Part shown: positions 8,894 to 19,181 of the stretch, piece after piece | Position numbering within the stretch: position 1 is the first letter of the stretch | Layout: every line of letters begins with the position of its first letter | From: Nitrospinota bacterium | GTDB lineage: Bacteria; UBA8248 | Reading direction: 5' to 3' | Length of the DNA: 61,152 nucleotides | Assembly (NCBI GenBank): GCA_046581755.1 | Contig: JAYGFR010000213.1 | Coordinates: forward strand, 1-61,152 | Translations under genes and position numbers: made by a program | The notes under the pieces: model-generated | What the model saw: only the letters and a program-made list of their open reading frames with translations | What the model was told of the DNA's origin: nothing | Database searches by the model: none

Positions 8894-10096
8894 TTATTTT
8901 GGCCCCGTATTCAAGATGGAAACCAGAGGCTCCTCGGTCTCCAGAGGCACGCGTTCTTCGAGATGAAGCCCGTATCCTTCGAGCGCCACAAGGCGCCGCT
9001 CATCGTTGGTCATGATTCGAATCCGCTTGACCCCCAGGTCCACCAGAATCTGGGCGCCGATTCCGTATTCGCGCAGCCTGGAAATAGGGCCGACCCTGGG
9101 CAAAACCTCCTGGGCGGCCTCCGTCTTTTTCTCGTCCAACCTGGCCCCTCCGTCACCCATGGTGTCCGAGCGAAGATAAACCAGAACCCCCCTCCCCTCC
9201 TTCTGGATGGCGCGCAGGGCATACCGGAGCCTGTCCGTGCAATCGGATCGGAGCAGGTTGAAAAAGTCCATGATCCCCAAGGCGGGATGAACGCGAATCA
9301 GCACCGGCTCCTCCGTATTCACATCTCCCATCACCAGCGCGAAATGCAGCCGCCCGCTCGTCCGGTTCCGGTACACCACCGCCCGAAAATCGCCGTAAGG
9401 CGTGGGTAGGGTGACCTCCTCGGCGGGCTCGATAAGGCGCTCGTTTTGCATCCGGTAGGCGATCAGGTCCTTGATGGTGACGATGGAGAGGTTGTTCCTC
9501 TCGGCGACTTTCTCCAAATCGGGAAGGCGGGCCATCGTTCCGTCTTCGCGCATGACCTCGCAAATCACGCCCGAGGGGTCTAGGCCCGCAAGCTGGGCCA
9601 GGTCCACCGCGCCCTCGGTATGTCCGGCCCGCCGAAGCACCCCCCCCGGCCGGGCCCGAAGCGGAAAGATATGCCCGGGCGTCACCAGATCCGAAGAAGC
9701 GGCATGCGGCTGGATGGCCGTTCGAATTGTGTGTGCACGATCGAACGCGCTGATACCGGTGGTCACCCCTTCGCGGGCTTCGATGGAAACCGTGAAGGGG
9801 GTGCCGAACGGCGACCCGTTGTGGAACCGGTCCACCATCATGGGCAATCCGAGGGATTCCACCCGCTCTGGCGTCAGCGAGAGGCAAACGAGCCCCCGGC
9901 CTTCCTTTGTCATGAAATTGATAGCCTCCGGCGTCACTTTTTCCGCGGCCATCACGAAATCGCCCTCATTTTCGCGGTCCTCGTCATCGACGAGGAGGAC
10001 GATCTGCCCCTCGCGAATATCGCCAATCGCTTCATTGATGGAGGAGAACAGCGGGTTTTTGCTTGAACCGGGATCCGTCCCCGTTGATTTAGGCAT
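8894..10096 (-). CDS. ribBA: Bifunctional 3,4-dihydroxy-2-butanone-4-phosphate synthase / GTP cyclohydrolase II
   Basis: 400 aa. The DHBP synthase part is [17 protein letters not shown]...[16 protein letters not shown]. The GCH-II part is [13 protein letters not shown]...VRVHPALG...[14 protein letters not shown]. Confidence 0.93.
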   Translation of the reverse strand: MPKSTGTDPGSSKNPLFSSINEAIGDIREGQIVLLVDDEDRENEGDFVMAAEKVTPEAINFMTKEGRGLVCLSLTPERVESLGLPMMVDRFHNGSPFGTPFTVSIEAREGVTTGISAFDRAHTIRTAIQPHAASSDLVTPGHIFPLRARPGGVLRRAGHTEGAVDLAQLAGLDPSGVICEVMREDGTMARLPDLEKVAERNNLSIVTIKDLIAYRMQNERLIEPAEEVTLPTPYGDFRAVVYRNRTSGRLHFALVMGDVNTEEPVLIRVHPALGIMDFFNLLRSDCTDRLRYALRAIQKEGRGVLVYLRSDTMGDGGARLDEKKTEAAQEVLPRVGPISRLREYGIGAQILVDLGVKRIRIMTNDERRLVALEGYGLHLEERVPLETEEPLVSILNTGPK

Positions 10097-10742
10097 AGCC
10101 GTGCTCTTTCAGCTTTTCCATCGATACGCCGCTCGTCCCCGTCTGCGCCCCCACATGGGGCGCGAGGAATTTTTCCACGTATTTTCCAATTAAATCGGCT
10201 TCGAGGTTCACGGGCGAGCCGTCCTTTTTTTCGGTCAACGTGGTGCAGGCACTGGTATGCGGAATGACCGCGATCGAGAACGAATCTTCACCGCAGTCCG
10301 CCACGGTGAGGCTGATGCCGTCCACCGCGACCGAGCCTTTGAACACGATATACCGCATGACCTCGGCGGGAGCCTCCACCGTCAGCCAGATCGAATCGCC
10401 ATCGGCCCGGCGGCTTCGTATCTGGCCTACGCCGTCGATGTGGCCCGACACCATGTGGCCTCCCAGGCGGTCTCCGAGTGCCAGGGCGCGTTCCAGATTG
10501 ACCGCATCGCCGGCCTTGAGCTCCCCCAGATTGGTCATCCGAAGGCTCTCGGGCGAGACATCCGCCTCGAAAGCCTCTCCGGTGATTTTCACGACCGTCA
10601 TGCAAGCCCCGTTGATCGCGATGGATTCGCCGAGCTTGGCCCCATCGAGCATGGCGCCCGCCTCGATGGCGATCCGGGCCCCGTCCTCACTCGCCCGGAT
10701 GGATTGAACCCTGCCCACCGCCTCGACAATTCCGCTAAACAT
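10089..10742 (-). CDS. ribE: Riboflavin synthase
   Basis: The track ORF is trimmed to ATG 10742 ([12 protein letters not shown]...). The internal repeat is NGACMTVV / DGISLTV. It overlaps the ribD stop by 8 nt and the ribBA start by 8 nt. Confidence 0.9.
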   Translation of the reverse strand: MFSGIVEAVGRVQSIRASEDGARIAIEAGAMLDGAKLGESIAINGACMTVVKITGEAFEADVSPESLRMTNLGELKAGDAVNLERALALGDRLGGHMVSGHIDGVGQIRSRRADGDSIWLTVEAPAEVMRYIVFKGSVAVDGISLTVADCGEDSFSIAVIPHTSACTTLTEKKDGSPVNLEADLIGKYVEKFLAPHVGAQTGTSGVSMEKLKEHGYA

Positions 10743-11895
10743 CGGGGCTCTCCTCAAATTCCGCCCATACCGGATGAGTTAAATAGCCTTGAATCAAAAA
10801 ATCGCACCCTAATATCTCATGTGTTACATGAGATATTTTAGGGGCCTCCTCAAGGCTGTGGAGCTCCCCTCCCGAAACGGCTCCCGGCGCCTGGCTGTCC
10901 CCAATAATCATCGGGGCGATGAAAGCCATCACCCGATCGGCCAAGCCTTCATCTAAAAAGGCGGCATGAACCCGGCCGCCTCCCTCGACAAGCAGATGGC
11001 GAACCTCCCGCCCTGCAAGCAAATTCAGAAGGGCCCCCAGCGCGACGCGGCCATTGGGGCCGGGTCCGAGCATGACCACTTCGGCCCCCGCGTCGGTCAG
11101 TTCGCGCGCCTTTTCGGGGTCGCTCCCCTCCACGGCGGCGATGATTGTACCAACGCCCCGATCTGGGGGCAATGTCCGCGCCCCCTTGGGCGTCCTGAGG
11201 CGTGAATCTAAGACAATTCGAATTAAGGGCTTGCCCTCCCTTCCTTCAGGGCGGGCTGTAAGAAGGGGGTCATCCTTCAAAACCGTTTCCACCCCCACCA
11301 AAATAGCGTCCACCCGGTCCCTGAACTCATGCGCCCAGGCGCGGGAGGCCTCTCCGGTGATCCATCGGCTCTGCCCCCCCCGCGTGGCGATGCGGCCGTC
11401 CAGGCTCATCGCCATTTTCAGCGTCACGAACGGGCGGCTCTCCCGGATGGAAACGAAAAACGCCTCGTTCATGCGCACGGCCCGGTGCGCCAAAAGACCC
11501 ACCTCGACGGAGACCCCGGCCGCCTTGAGAATTTCAAATCCGTTTCCGGCAACACGGGGATCGGGGTCTTCGACTGCGGCCACGACCCGGGATATTCCCG
11601 CCTCGGCCACCGCCGGAGCGCATGGGGGGGTTCTTCCCTGGTGGGCGCAAGGTTCCAAGGTGAGATAGAGGGTTCCGCCCCTGGCACGCTCCCCGGCTTC
11701 CCGGAGCGCCATGACTTCGGCGTGGGGGGCGCCGGCCCTCTCGTGCCAGCCTCTTCCGGCGGGCTCCCCCTCCGCATCGACGATAATGGCGCCCACCATC
11801 GGATTCGGGCTGGTTCTGCCCGCCCCCAGAGCGGCGAGAGAGAGCGCCTCTTGCATCCATTTTCGGCTGCGGCGGTTGCGGTCTGCGGTATTCAC
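10735..11895 (-). CDS. ribD: Bifunctional riboflavin biosynthesis deaminase/reductase
   Basis: 386 aa. The CMP/dCMP deaminase zinc motif is HAEVMAL...TLEPCAHQGRTPPC, followed by a reductase domain (TLKMAMSLDGRIA). Confidence 0.92.
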   Translation of the reverse strand: MNTADRNRRSRKWMQEALSLAALGAGRTSPNPMVGAIIVDAEGEPAGRGWHERAGAPHAEVMALREAGERARGGTLYLTLEPCAHQGRTPPCAPAVAEAGISRVVAAVEDPDPRVAGNGFEILKAAGVSVEVGLLAHRAVRMNEAFFVSIRESRPFVTLKMAMSLDGRIATRGGQSRWITGEASRAWAHEFRDRVDAILVGVETVLKDDPLLTARPEGREGKPLIRIVLDSRLRTPKGARTLPPDRGVGTIIAAVEGSDPEKARELTDAGAEVVMLGPGPNGRVALGALLNLLAGREVRHLLVEGGGRVHAAFLDEGLADRVMAFIAPMIIGDSQAPGAVSGGELHSLEEAPKISHVTHEILGCDFLIQGYLTHPVWAEFEESPDV

Positions 11896-11920
11896 TCAGA
11901 TTCCCGGTGGAAACGGCATC

Positions 11921-14569
11921 TCAGTGGAGTTCGACACGCTGGTAGGCACCATGCTCGATGGATGCCTGAGCGGCGGCAAGACGCGCAATCGGCGCCCGGT
12001 AGGGCGCGCAGGAGACGTAATCCATCTTGACCATGTGACAGAATTCCACCGAACTCGGTTCGCCGGCGTGCTCGCCGCAGATTCCCACTTCGAGATTTGG
12101 GCGGGAGGCTCTTCCGCGCTGGATTCCGATGTCCACCAGCTCGCCCACGCCCTCGCGGTCGATGGCAACGAAGGGATCGCGTTCGATCAGGTTTTTCTCG
12201 ATATATTCGTGCAGGAACCGCCCGGCATCGTCCCGGCTGAGACCATAGGCCATCTGGGTCAGATCGTTCGTTCCGAAGCTGAAAAACTCCGCCGTCTCGG
12301 CGATCTGTCCCGCACGCAGGCAGGCGCGCGGAATCTCGATCATCGTGCCGACTAGATAGCGCACCTCGACACCCTGCTCTTCCATGACTTTTTTGGCGGT
12401 CCGGACGACCAGCTCTCTATTGTATTCCCACTCGGCTTCGCCCGCCGTGAGCGGAACCATGATTTCGGGGTAGGCATTCACGCCCTTTTTCTTCATCTCG
12501 CAGGTGGCCTCGATGATGGCGCGGGCCTGCATCTCGCAAATTTCCGGATACGTGACGGCGAGACGGCACCCACGGTGGCCGAGCATCGGATTTTGCTCTT
12601 TGTGGAATTCGGTGGCGCGGCGAACAGTATCGACATCGACGCCAAGGAAGCCCGCGACCTGCTCCATGTCGCGGTCGGTCTTGGGCAAAAACTCGTGCAA
12701 GGGCGGATCGAGAAGGCGGATCGTGACGGGGCGCTCCCCCATCGACTCGAACAGGCCGATGAAATCGCTCCGCTGGAAGGGCAAAAGGTGGGAGAGCGCC
12801 TCGCGGCGGCCCACTTCGTTCTCGGCCAGGATCATCGCGCGCACGTATTTGATCTGCCCCTCCTCGAAGAACATATGTTCGGTGCGGCAGAGTCCAATAC
12901 CCTCGCAGTCGAACCGGAGCGCCGCCTCGCAGTCGGCTACGGTGTCGGCGTTGGCGCGGATACCCAGGGTGCGGTGCTCGTCCGCCCACTCCATCAAGGT
13001 GGTGAAGTCGCCGGTCATCTCAGGCTGATTGAGCTTGGCCTGGCCGAGAATGACCTCGCCCGTATTGCCGTTGAGGGAAATCCAGTCACCCTCCCTGACG
13101 GTCCGGCCTTTAGTCTCGAAGATTTTCTTGCCGGCCTGAACGTCGATGGCGCTGCACCCGGCGACGCAGCATTTGCCCATCTGGCGGGCGACGACCGCGG
13201 CATGCGAGGTGAGGCCCCCCCGGGCGGTGAGGATGCCCTGCGCCACGTTCATGCCCATGATGTCCTCGGGGCTCGTCTCCTGGCGGACGAGGATGACGGC
13301 CTCGCCCGCCTCCGCCTGGGCCACGGCTTCGTCGGCGGTGAAGACCACCTTTCCGACCGCGGCGCCCGGCGAGGCCGCGAGGCCCGCTGCGATGACGTTG
13401 ATGTCTTCCGATGTGTCGATGGCAGGATGCAGGAGTTGGTCCAGGCTGTCCGCTTCCACGCGCAAAAGGGCCGTTTTTCTGTCAATGCGCCCCTCGCCGA
13501 CCATTTCGACCGCAATGCGCACTGCGGCGGAGGCCGTGCGCTTGCCGTTACGGGTCTGGAGCATGAAGAGGCGGCCGTTCTGGATGGTGAACTCCATATC
13601 CTGCATGTCCTTGTAGTGGTCCTCGAGGCGCCGGCTGATGTCCTCGAACTGCTTAAAGCACTCCGCAATGCGGCCCTTCAGCGAGGAGATGGGCTCGGGC
13701 GTGCGAATGCCGGCGACGACGTCCTCGCCCTGGGCGTTGAAGAGGATTTCACCGTAAAGGGCATTTTCCCCCGTGGAGGGATTCCGCGAGAAGGCGACGC
13801 CCGTCCCGCAGTCATCGCCCATGTTTCCATAAACCATGCATTGAACGTTGACCGCCGTCCCCCAGGAGTGGGGAATCTGGTAGAGCCGCCGGTAGGCGAT
13901 GGCCCGCTCGTTGTTCCAGGATTTGAAAACGGCCTCGATGACCAGGCGAAGCTGCTCGTAGGGGTCCTGCGGGAAGGCCGATCCCGTCTTCTCCTCGGCC
14001 AGGGCGGCGTACTGGCATGAGAGTTCTTCTAAATCCTCCGCCGAAAGCTCGACATCGCTCGAAACGCCCCGATCCTTTTTCATGCTATCGATCAAGGCCT
14101 CGAAATCGGCGTGCTTCATCTCCAGGACCACGTTTCCAAACATGTTGATGAAGCGGCGGTAGCTGTCGAAGGCGAAGCGGCGGTTCCCGCTCTTTTTTCC
14201 GATGGCGGCCACGGTCTGGGTGTTCAGGCCCAGGTTGAGCACGGTGTCCATCATCCCCGGCATCGAGTCGCGCGCTCCCGATCGGACGCTGACGAGCAGC
14301 GGATTTTTGTCGCCCCCGAATTTCGCATCCATCAGGCTCTCGAGAGCCTCCATCTGGGCGCGGACGCCACCCCATACGCCGCTGGGAAGGCGGTCCGATT
14401 TGAGATATTCGACGCAGCACGCCGTGGTCAGCGTAAAACCCGGTGGAACCGGAATGCCCAGGCTCGCCATTTCGGCGAGGTTCGCCCCTTTGCCGCCGAG
14501 CAGTTCACGCATCGCCGCGCTGCCTTCGGTCTCCTCGCCCCCGAACGCGTAAATCCACTGTTCCGCCAT
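11921..14569 (-). CDS. ppdK: Pyruvate, phosphate dikinase
   Basis: Track ORF 11921-14809 is trimmed to ATG 14569 (MAEQWIYAFGGEETEGSAAMRELLGGKGANLAEM). The phosphohistidine region is GGLTSHAAVVARQMGK and the PEP-utilizer C-terminus is GICGEHAGEP. The product is 882 aa. Confidence 0.93.
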   Translation of the reverse strand: MAEQWIYAFGGEETEGSAAMRELLGGKGANLAEMASLGIPVPPGFTLTTACCVEYLKSDRLPSGVWGGVRAQMEALESLMDAKFGGDKNPLLVSVRSGARDSMPGMMDTVLNLGLNTQTVAAIGKKSGNRRFAFDSYRRFINMFGNVVLEMKHADFEALIDSMKKDRGVSSDVELSAEDLEELSCQYAALAEEKTGSAFPQDPYEQLRLVIEAVFKSWNNERAIAYRRLYQIPHSWGTAVNVQCMVYGNMGDDCGTGVAFSRNPSTGENALYGEILFNAQGEDVVAGIRTPEPISSLKGRIAECFKQFEDISRRLEDHYKDMQDMEFTIQNGRLFMLQTRNGKRTASAAVRIAVEMVGEGRIDRKTALLRVEADSLDQLLHPAIDTSEDINVIAAGLAASPGAAVGKVVFTADEAVAQAEAGEAVILVRQETSPEDIMGMNVAQGILTARGGLTSHAAVVARQMGKCCVAGCSAIDVQAGKKIFETKGRTVREGDWISLNGNTGEVILGQAKLNQPEMTGDFTTLMEWADEHRTLGIRANADTVADCEAALRFDCEGIGLCRTEHMFFEEGQIKYVRAMILAENEVGRREALSHLLPFQRSDFIGLFESMGERPVTIRLLDPPLHEFLPKTDRDMEQVAGFLGVDVDTVRRATEFHKEQNPMLGHRGCRLAVTYPEICEMQARAIIEATCEMKKKGVNAYPEIMVPLTAGEAEWEYNRELVVRTAKKVMEEQGVEVRYLVGTMIEIPRACLRAGQIAETAEFFSFGTNDLTQMAYGLSRDDAGRFLHEYIEKNLIERDPFVAIDREGVGELVDIGIQRGRASRPNLEVGICGEHAGEPSSVEFCHMVKMDYVSCAPYRAPIARLAAAQASIEHGAYQRVELH

Positions 14570-14666
14570 TTCAAATGTTCCTCCCGCGCAGCTTATGCGT
14601 GCATCAAGAAAATCCAGAGCGTCTCTGTTTGCACGGCCGAGGCGATGATTTGGCGATATTCCCGGG

Positions 14667-16895
14667 CTAATCCTTCGGGCGGCCCTGAATTTTCGAGAAA
14701 TCGGCCACCGGCGCGAACAGGGCGCCCACCCGCCCGAGAAGAGCCAACCGGTTGGCGCGAAGTTTCTCGTCCTCGGCCATGACCAGAACCTCATCGAAAA
14801 ACCGGTCAACGGCAGGCCGGAGCGCGGCTACTTTTTCAAACACCTCACCGTAGGCCCGCGTCAATTCACCCTCCCCGTCCCGCGTGAGCGTGCGGAGCGG
14901 GGCCATTATCTCCTCGATTTCCCCAGCCCGGCCCTGGACAGCCTCGTCCAGGGCACGCTCCCCTTCGTCCTCCAGAAGGTTTTTCGAGAACGCCCGCGCC
15001 GCGTCGCCGGAGGGGCCTTCCGCCGCGGCCTGGCGGATGATATTGCTCACCCGCTTGAAGGTCGTTGCCAGAGGCTCGAACGTTTCCGCGCTCGATGCCA
15101 GATTTTCGACAGCCCCAAGGCGGGCGTTGGCATCGACCGGATCATGCCATCCCCTGCCAGCGTCCGCCGATAGAACGGCCTCCACGAGGTCGGCCCGCGC
15201 GCCCGAACGCGAGAGATAGGCCGAAACCCGGCTCCGCAAAAATTCCTTGAGCCGTGCGGAAACCGTCTCCCGATCATCCTTGAACTTATCCAGCAACGGA
15301 TCGAGCGCCCGCTCCGCCACCTCTGCCAGCGAAAGGCGGCAGGCGCTCCACAGGAGAACCTGAATCACTCCATTCGCCGCCCTGCGCAGCGCATAGGGAT
15401 CCTCGGAACCACTGGGAACATACTCCAGGCCGATCATTCCGGCCAGGGTGTCCATCCGGTCGGCGAGGCCGACCACCATGCCCACATCGCCCGAGGGTAG
15501 GGCGTCCCCCTCTCCCCGGGGAAGATAGTGCTCGAAAATGGCCCCGGCGACTTCCGGGTCCAATCCCGCCCGCTCGGCGTACCGGCTCCCCATCAGGCCC
15601 TGAAGCTCTGGAAACTCATAGATCATCCCGCTCGACAGGTCAGCCTTGCAAAGGCGGGCCGCTTCGTCCACCCGTTGATGAAAGGCTTTATCTTCCGGAA
15701 AGAGCTTTTCGGCAATCCAGCCGGCCAGGACCCGGAAGCGCTCCACCTTCTCCCAGCTCGTCCCGAGCTTCGGATGGTAGACCACCTTCTTGAGCTTTTC
15801 GGCCATTTCCCCGAGCGGGGTTTCGAGGTCCCGTTTCCAGTAAAATTCGGCATCCTCGAGCCGCGCCCGCACCACCCGCTCATACCCCTGGGCGACCACC
15901 GTCATGTCGCGCGCCACCGTGTTGCTCACTCCGACAAAATTCGCCACGAGCGGCCCATCGCCCTTTTTCCTCAGTGCGAAACAACGCTGGTGCTCCTCGA
16001 GGGTGGTGACGATCACTTCCTCGGGCAGATCGAGAAAACGCTTATCGAAGCCGCAGACCACAGGCACCGGCCATTCCACGAGGTGGGCCACTTTTTCCAC
16101 CAGCCGCTCCACGCCCACCACATCGGCCGCGAGCTCCGCCCCGGCCTCACCGGCCGCCTCCTCCACCCCCCGGCGCACAAGGGGAATACGCCCCCCTTCC
16201 TCGCCATCGTCCAGAAGGGGCTCGACAAAATGCTCTCGTAATTTATCGATATAGTCATCATATCCTTTGATTTTAAATGTCTTACTCCCCATGAATCGAT
16301 GGCCCCGGGTGGTGTTTCCAAACGAGGGAATTTCGCCCGACCCAACTTCCCCCTCTTGCGTCACCCAATCGAATTGAATTGTCCGGCCGCCGTAAAGGGC
16401 GAGCACCCAATGAATCGGGCGAACGAAGGCGAATTTTCCCCTCCCCCATCGCATCGATTTTGGGGATGGAAGGCGGACAATGAGATTCGCGAGGATATCA
16501 AGCCCCAGGATTTCGGCGGCAAGTTTTCCCGCATCTTCCCTCATAAACATGACCCGCTCGCCCTTGGGGGTGTCCTTCCGCTCCAGGGCGGACACATCGA
16601 CCCCGTTCGTCCTGGCGAAGCCGAGGGCCGCCTTGGTGGGGTTGCCGTCTTTATCGAAGGCGGCGGAGGCCGGGGGGCCGAGAATTTCCTCGCTCAGGGG
16701 ATTTTGGCGCTCGGCGAGGTCCGCGACGTGGAGCACGAGCCTCCGCGGTGTGCCGAACACGCTCAGGCCCTCGAAATCCAGGCGCGCTTCCCCAAACGCC
16801 CGGACAGCGCCCTCCTCGAGCGCATCGAGCAATCCGGGCATGTAGGTGGAGGGAATCTCCTCCGTCCCGATCTCAAACAATAGTTCCTTGCCCAA
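14667..16895 (-). CDS. glyS: Glycine--tRNA ligase beta subunit
   Basis: 742 aa: MGKELLFEIGTEEIPSTYMP... It lies directly downstream of glyQ. Confidence 0.93.
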   Translation of the reverse strand: MGKELLFEIGTEEIPSTYMPGLLDALEEGAVRAFGEARLDFEGLSVFGTPRRLVLHVADLAERQNPLSEEILGPPASAAFDKDGNPTKAALGFARTNGVDVSALERKDTPKGERVMFMREDAGKLAAEILGLDILANLIVRLPSPKSMRWGRGKFAFVRPIHWVLALYGGRTIQFDWVTQEGEVGSGEIPSFGNTTRGHRFMGSKTFKIKGYDDYIDKLREHFVEPLLDDGEEGGRIPLVRRGVEEAAGEAGAELAADVVGVERLVEKVAHLVEWPVPVVCGFDKRFLDLPEEVIVTTLEEHQRCFALRKKGDGPLVANFVGVSNTVARDMTVVAQGYERVVRARLEDAEFYWKRDLETPLGEMAEKLKKVVYHPKLGTSWEKVERFRVLAGWIAEKLFPEDKAFHQRVDEAARLCKADLSSGMIYEFPELQGLMGSRYAERAGLDPEVAGAIFEHYLPRGEGDALPSGDVGMVVGLADRMDTLAGMIGLEYVPSGSEDPYALRRAANGVIQVLLWSACRLSLAEVAERALDPLLDKFKDDRETVSARLKEFLRSRVSAYLSRSGARADLVEAVLSADAGRGWHDPVDANARLGAVENLASSAETFEPLATTFKRVSNIIRQAAAEGPSGDAARAFSKNLLEDEGERALDEAVQGRAGEIEEIMAPLRTLTRDGEGELTRAYGEVFEKVAALRPAVDRFFDEVLVMAEDEKLRANRLALLGRVGALFAPVADFSKIQGRPKD

Positions 16896-16926
16896 TGGCG
16901 TCTCTCAGTAAATTGGCGGCGGAGAA

Positions 16927-17943
16927 TCAGGAGGCGGTGCTGGCCGCATCGGCTTTTTTCTTCTTCTTTTTTTTCGGTTTTTCGTTCCCGTCCCGGGGAG
17001 CGGACCGGCCCTGGTACTCGGCCACCCATTTTTCCCGCTCCACATCGTCCTTGATGAGCGAAAAAACCGCTCTCAGGCGCGACTCGATATACGCCTCGGC
17101 GCAGGCGCGGGCCAGTTTTCTGATCCGCCCGATATAGCGTGCCCGCTCGCTCACGCTGATGGCTCCCCGCGCGTCGAGTAGGTTGAACGCATGAGAGCAT
17201 TTCAGCACCTGGTCGTAGGCCGGGAACGTGAGGCTTTTTTCGATCAGGCTGAAACCCTCGGCCTCGTACATATCGAAGGCACGGAAATTCAATTCGGTGC
17301 CGGCCTCCTCGAAATTGTAGTGGCTGAACTCGACCTCAGTTTGGTGGTGAACGTCGCCGTAGGTGATTTCCGCGCCCGTACCGGGGTCGCGCGACCAGAG
17401 AAGATCGTAAACCGACTCTTTCTTCTGGAGATACATGGCGATCCGCTCGATGCCGTAAGTCAATTCAGCCGAAACCAGGTCGAGATCGAGGCCCCCGGCC
17501 TGCTGAAAATAGGTGAACTGGGTGACCTCCATCCCGTCGAGCCAGACCTCCCAGCCCAGGCCCCAGGCGCCCAGGTTGGGGGACTCCCAGTCATCCTCGA
17601 CGAAGCGGATATCGTGGTCCAAAGGATCGATTCCCAAATGGCGCAGGCTTTCGATGTACTGCTCCTGCACGTCCATCGGCGAGGGCTTCAGGATGACTTG
17701 GAACTGGTAGTAGTGCTGGAGGCGGTTCGGATTCTCCCCGTAGCGGCCGTCTGTGGGCCTCCGGCTCGGCTCCACATAGGCCACCTTCCACGGCTCCGGC
17801 CCGAGGGCCCGAAGGAACGTCGCGGGGTTCATGGTCCCGGCTCCCACCTCGATGTCGTAGGGCTGCTGGATAATGCACCCCTTCCGCGCCCAGAACTCCT
17901 GGAGGCCGAGAATCACGTCTTGAAAAGTTTCGGCGGCGCTCAT
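16927..17943 (-). CDS. glyQ: Glycine--tRNA ligase alpha subunit with a Lys-rich C-terminal extension
   Basis: 338 aa: [46 protein letters not shown]. There is an extra tail ...[36 protein letters not shown]. The start ATG overlaps the lysC stop (ATGA at 17940-17943). Confidence 0.93.
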   Translation of the reverse strand: MSAAETFQDVILGLQEFWARKGCIIQQPYDIEVGAGTMNPATFLRALGPEPWKVAYVEPSRRPTDGRYGENPNRLQHYYQFQVILKPSPMDVQEQYIESLRHLGIDPLDHDIRFVEDDWESPNLGAWGLGWEVWLDGMEVTQFTYFQQAGGLDLDLVSAELTYGIERIAMYLQKKESVYDLLWSRDPGTGAEITYGDVHHQTEVEFSHYNFEEAGTELNFRAFDMYEAEGFSLIEKSLTFPAYDQVLKCSHAFNLLDARGAISVSERARYIGRIRKLARACAEAYIESRLRAVFSLIKDDVEREKWVAEYQGRSAPRDGNEKPKKKKKKKADAASTAS

Positions 17944-19148
17944 GCCATAAATTCCCGGTGAAGGGCGCGAACGGCGTCATCGGCCTGATCCTCGCGGACG
18001 ATGACGGAGATGGATATCTCGGATGTCGATATCATCATGATGTTGATCCGGTCCCGGGCGAGGGCCGCGAACGTCCTGGAGGCGACCCCGGCCTGGCTTT
18101 TCATGCCGATGCCTACGATGGAGACCTTGGCCACGTTGTCGTCGCGCGAAATTTCGCGGGCGGCAAAACTCGCGTGGGTTTCCTTCATGATCCGCTCGGC
18201 TTCGTCCGCCGTGTCGCGGTTCACGGTGATGGATATATCCGTCAACCCGTCGGCGCTCACGTTTTGGACGATAATGTCCACAACGATCGACTTCTCGGCC
18301 AGGGTCCCGAACAAGGTCGCGGCGATGCCGGGGTGATCGGCCACTCCTTGAGCGGTCAGTTTCGATTGTTTTTTATCGCAGCTCACGCCGGTGACGGCGG
18401 GCGCTTCGAATCCGGGCTGCTCCGGGGTGATCAAGGTACCCTCTCCTTCATCGAACGAAGATCGGACGACGAGTTTTAGCTTGTATTTGGCCGCCAGGTC
18501 CACCGAGCGCGACTGAAGGACTTTCGTCCCCAGCGAGGCCAGTTCCATCATCTCATCGTACGATATCCGCTCCAGGAGGCGGGCGCGAGGCTCGATCCGC
18601 GGATCGGCCGTGAAGACGCCTTCGACATCGGTGTAAATCTCGCACAGGTCGGCCTCGAGAGCCGCCGCAAGGGCCACCGCCGTCATGTCCGAGCCGCCAC
18701 GGCCCAGCGTCTGTTCTTCGTTGAATTCGTCCACCCCCTGGAATCCGGCGGCTATAACAACCCGACCCTCCTCCAGTTCACGCCGAATGCGCTTGGGCTG
18801 GATCTTACGGACGCGGGCGCGCGTATGGGCGCCTTCGGTCATGATCCCCGCCTGGCTCCCGGTGAGGGAGACCGCCTTCACCCCCAATCCGTCCAGGGCA
18901 ATGGCCAGTAGAGCGCTCGTGATTCGCTCCCCGGAGGCCAGCAAAAGATCGACCTCGCGGCCGGCGGGCGACTCGGAGAGGCTCTCGGCCATCTGGAGGA
19001 AATTGTCGGTCTCCCCGGCCATAGCGCTGACCACGACGATCGCCTGGTCCCATTTCTCCCGCGCCGCGGCCACCCGCTCGGCGACGCGACGGATATGATC
19101 GAGGTCGGCCAACGAGGTGCCGCCGAATTTTTGAACGACGAGTCCCAT
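17940..19148 (-). CDS. lysC: Aspartate kinase
   Basis: 402 aa: [23 protein letters not shown]...[11 protein letters not shown], with two ACT-like C-terminal repeats. Confidence 0.92.
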   Translation of the reverse strand: MGLVVQKFGGTSLADLDHIRRVAERVAAAREKWDQAIVVVSAMAGETDNFLQMAESLSESPAGREVDLLLASGERITSALLAIALDGLGVKAVSLTGSQAGIMTEGAHTRARVRKIQPKRIRRELEEGRVVIAAGFQGVDEFNEEQTLGRGGSDMTAVALAAALEADLCEIYTDVEGVFTADPRIEPRARLLERISYDEMMELASLGTKVLQSRSVDLAAKYKLKLVVRSSFDEGEGTLITPEQPGFEAPAVTGVSCDKKQSKLTAQGVADHPGIAATLFGTLAEKSIVVDIIVQNVSADGLTDISITVNRDTADEAERIMKETHASFAAREISRDDNVAKVSIVGIGMKSQAGVASRTFAALARDRINIMMISTSEISISVIVREDQADDAVRALHREFMA

Positions 19149-19181
19149 CGAAAACGATCCCTTCCAGAGCCGAGAGGTCGA

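Noticed and set aside
11896-11920. An FMN riboswitch (RFN element) might be expected upstream of the rib operon.
   Set aside because: Only 25 nt separate the ppdK stop from the ribD start, which is no room for a ~130-nt aptamer. None was seen upstream of ribBA or ribH either.
12575-14020. Long antisense ORFs lie opposite ppdK (12575-14020) and other genes. These are 1639-2778 (phoH), 27920-29221 (era/aspS), 30802-32073 (comEC), 50790-51878 (pnp), 54385-55578 (infB), 56930-58180 (nusA), 59693-60952 (E2) and 41136-41969 (OsmC/PrpD).
   Set aside because: The reasoning is the same as for the argS antisense ORF. Each overlaps a confidently identified gene on the other strand, has low-complexity R/G/P/A/H-rich translations, and has no SD or family motifs.
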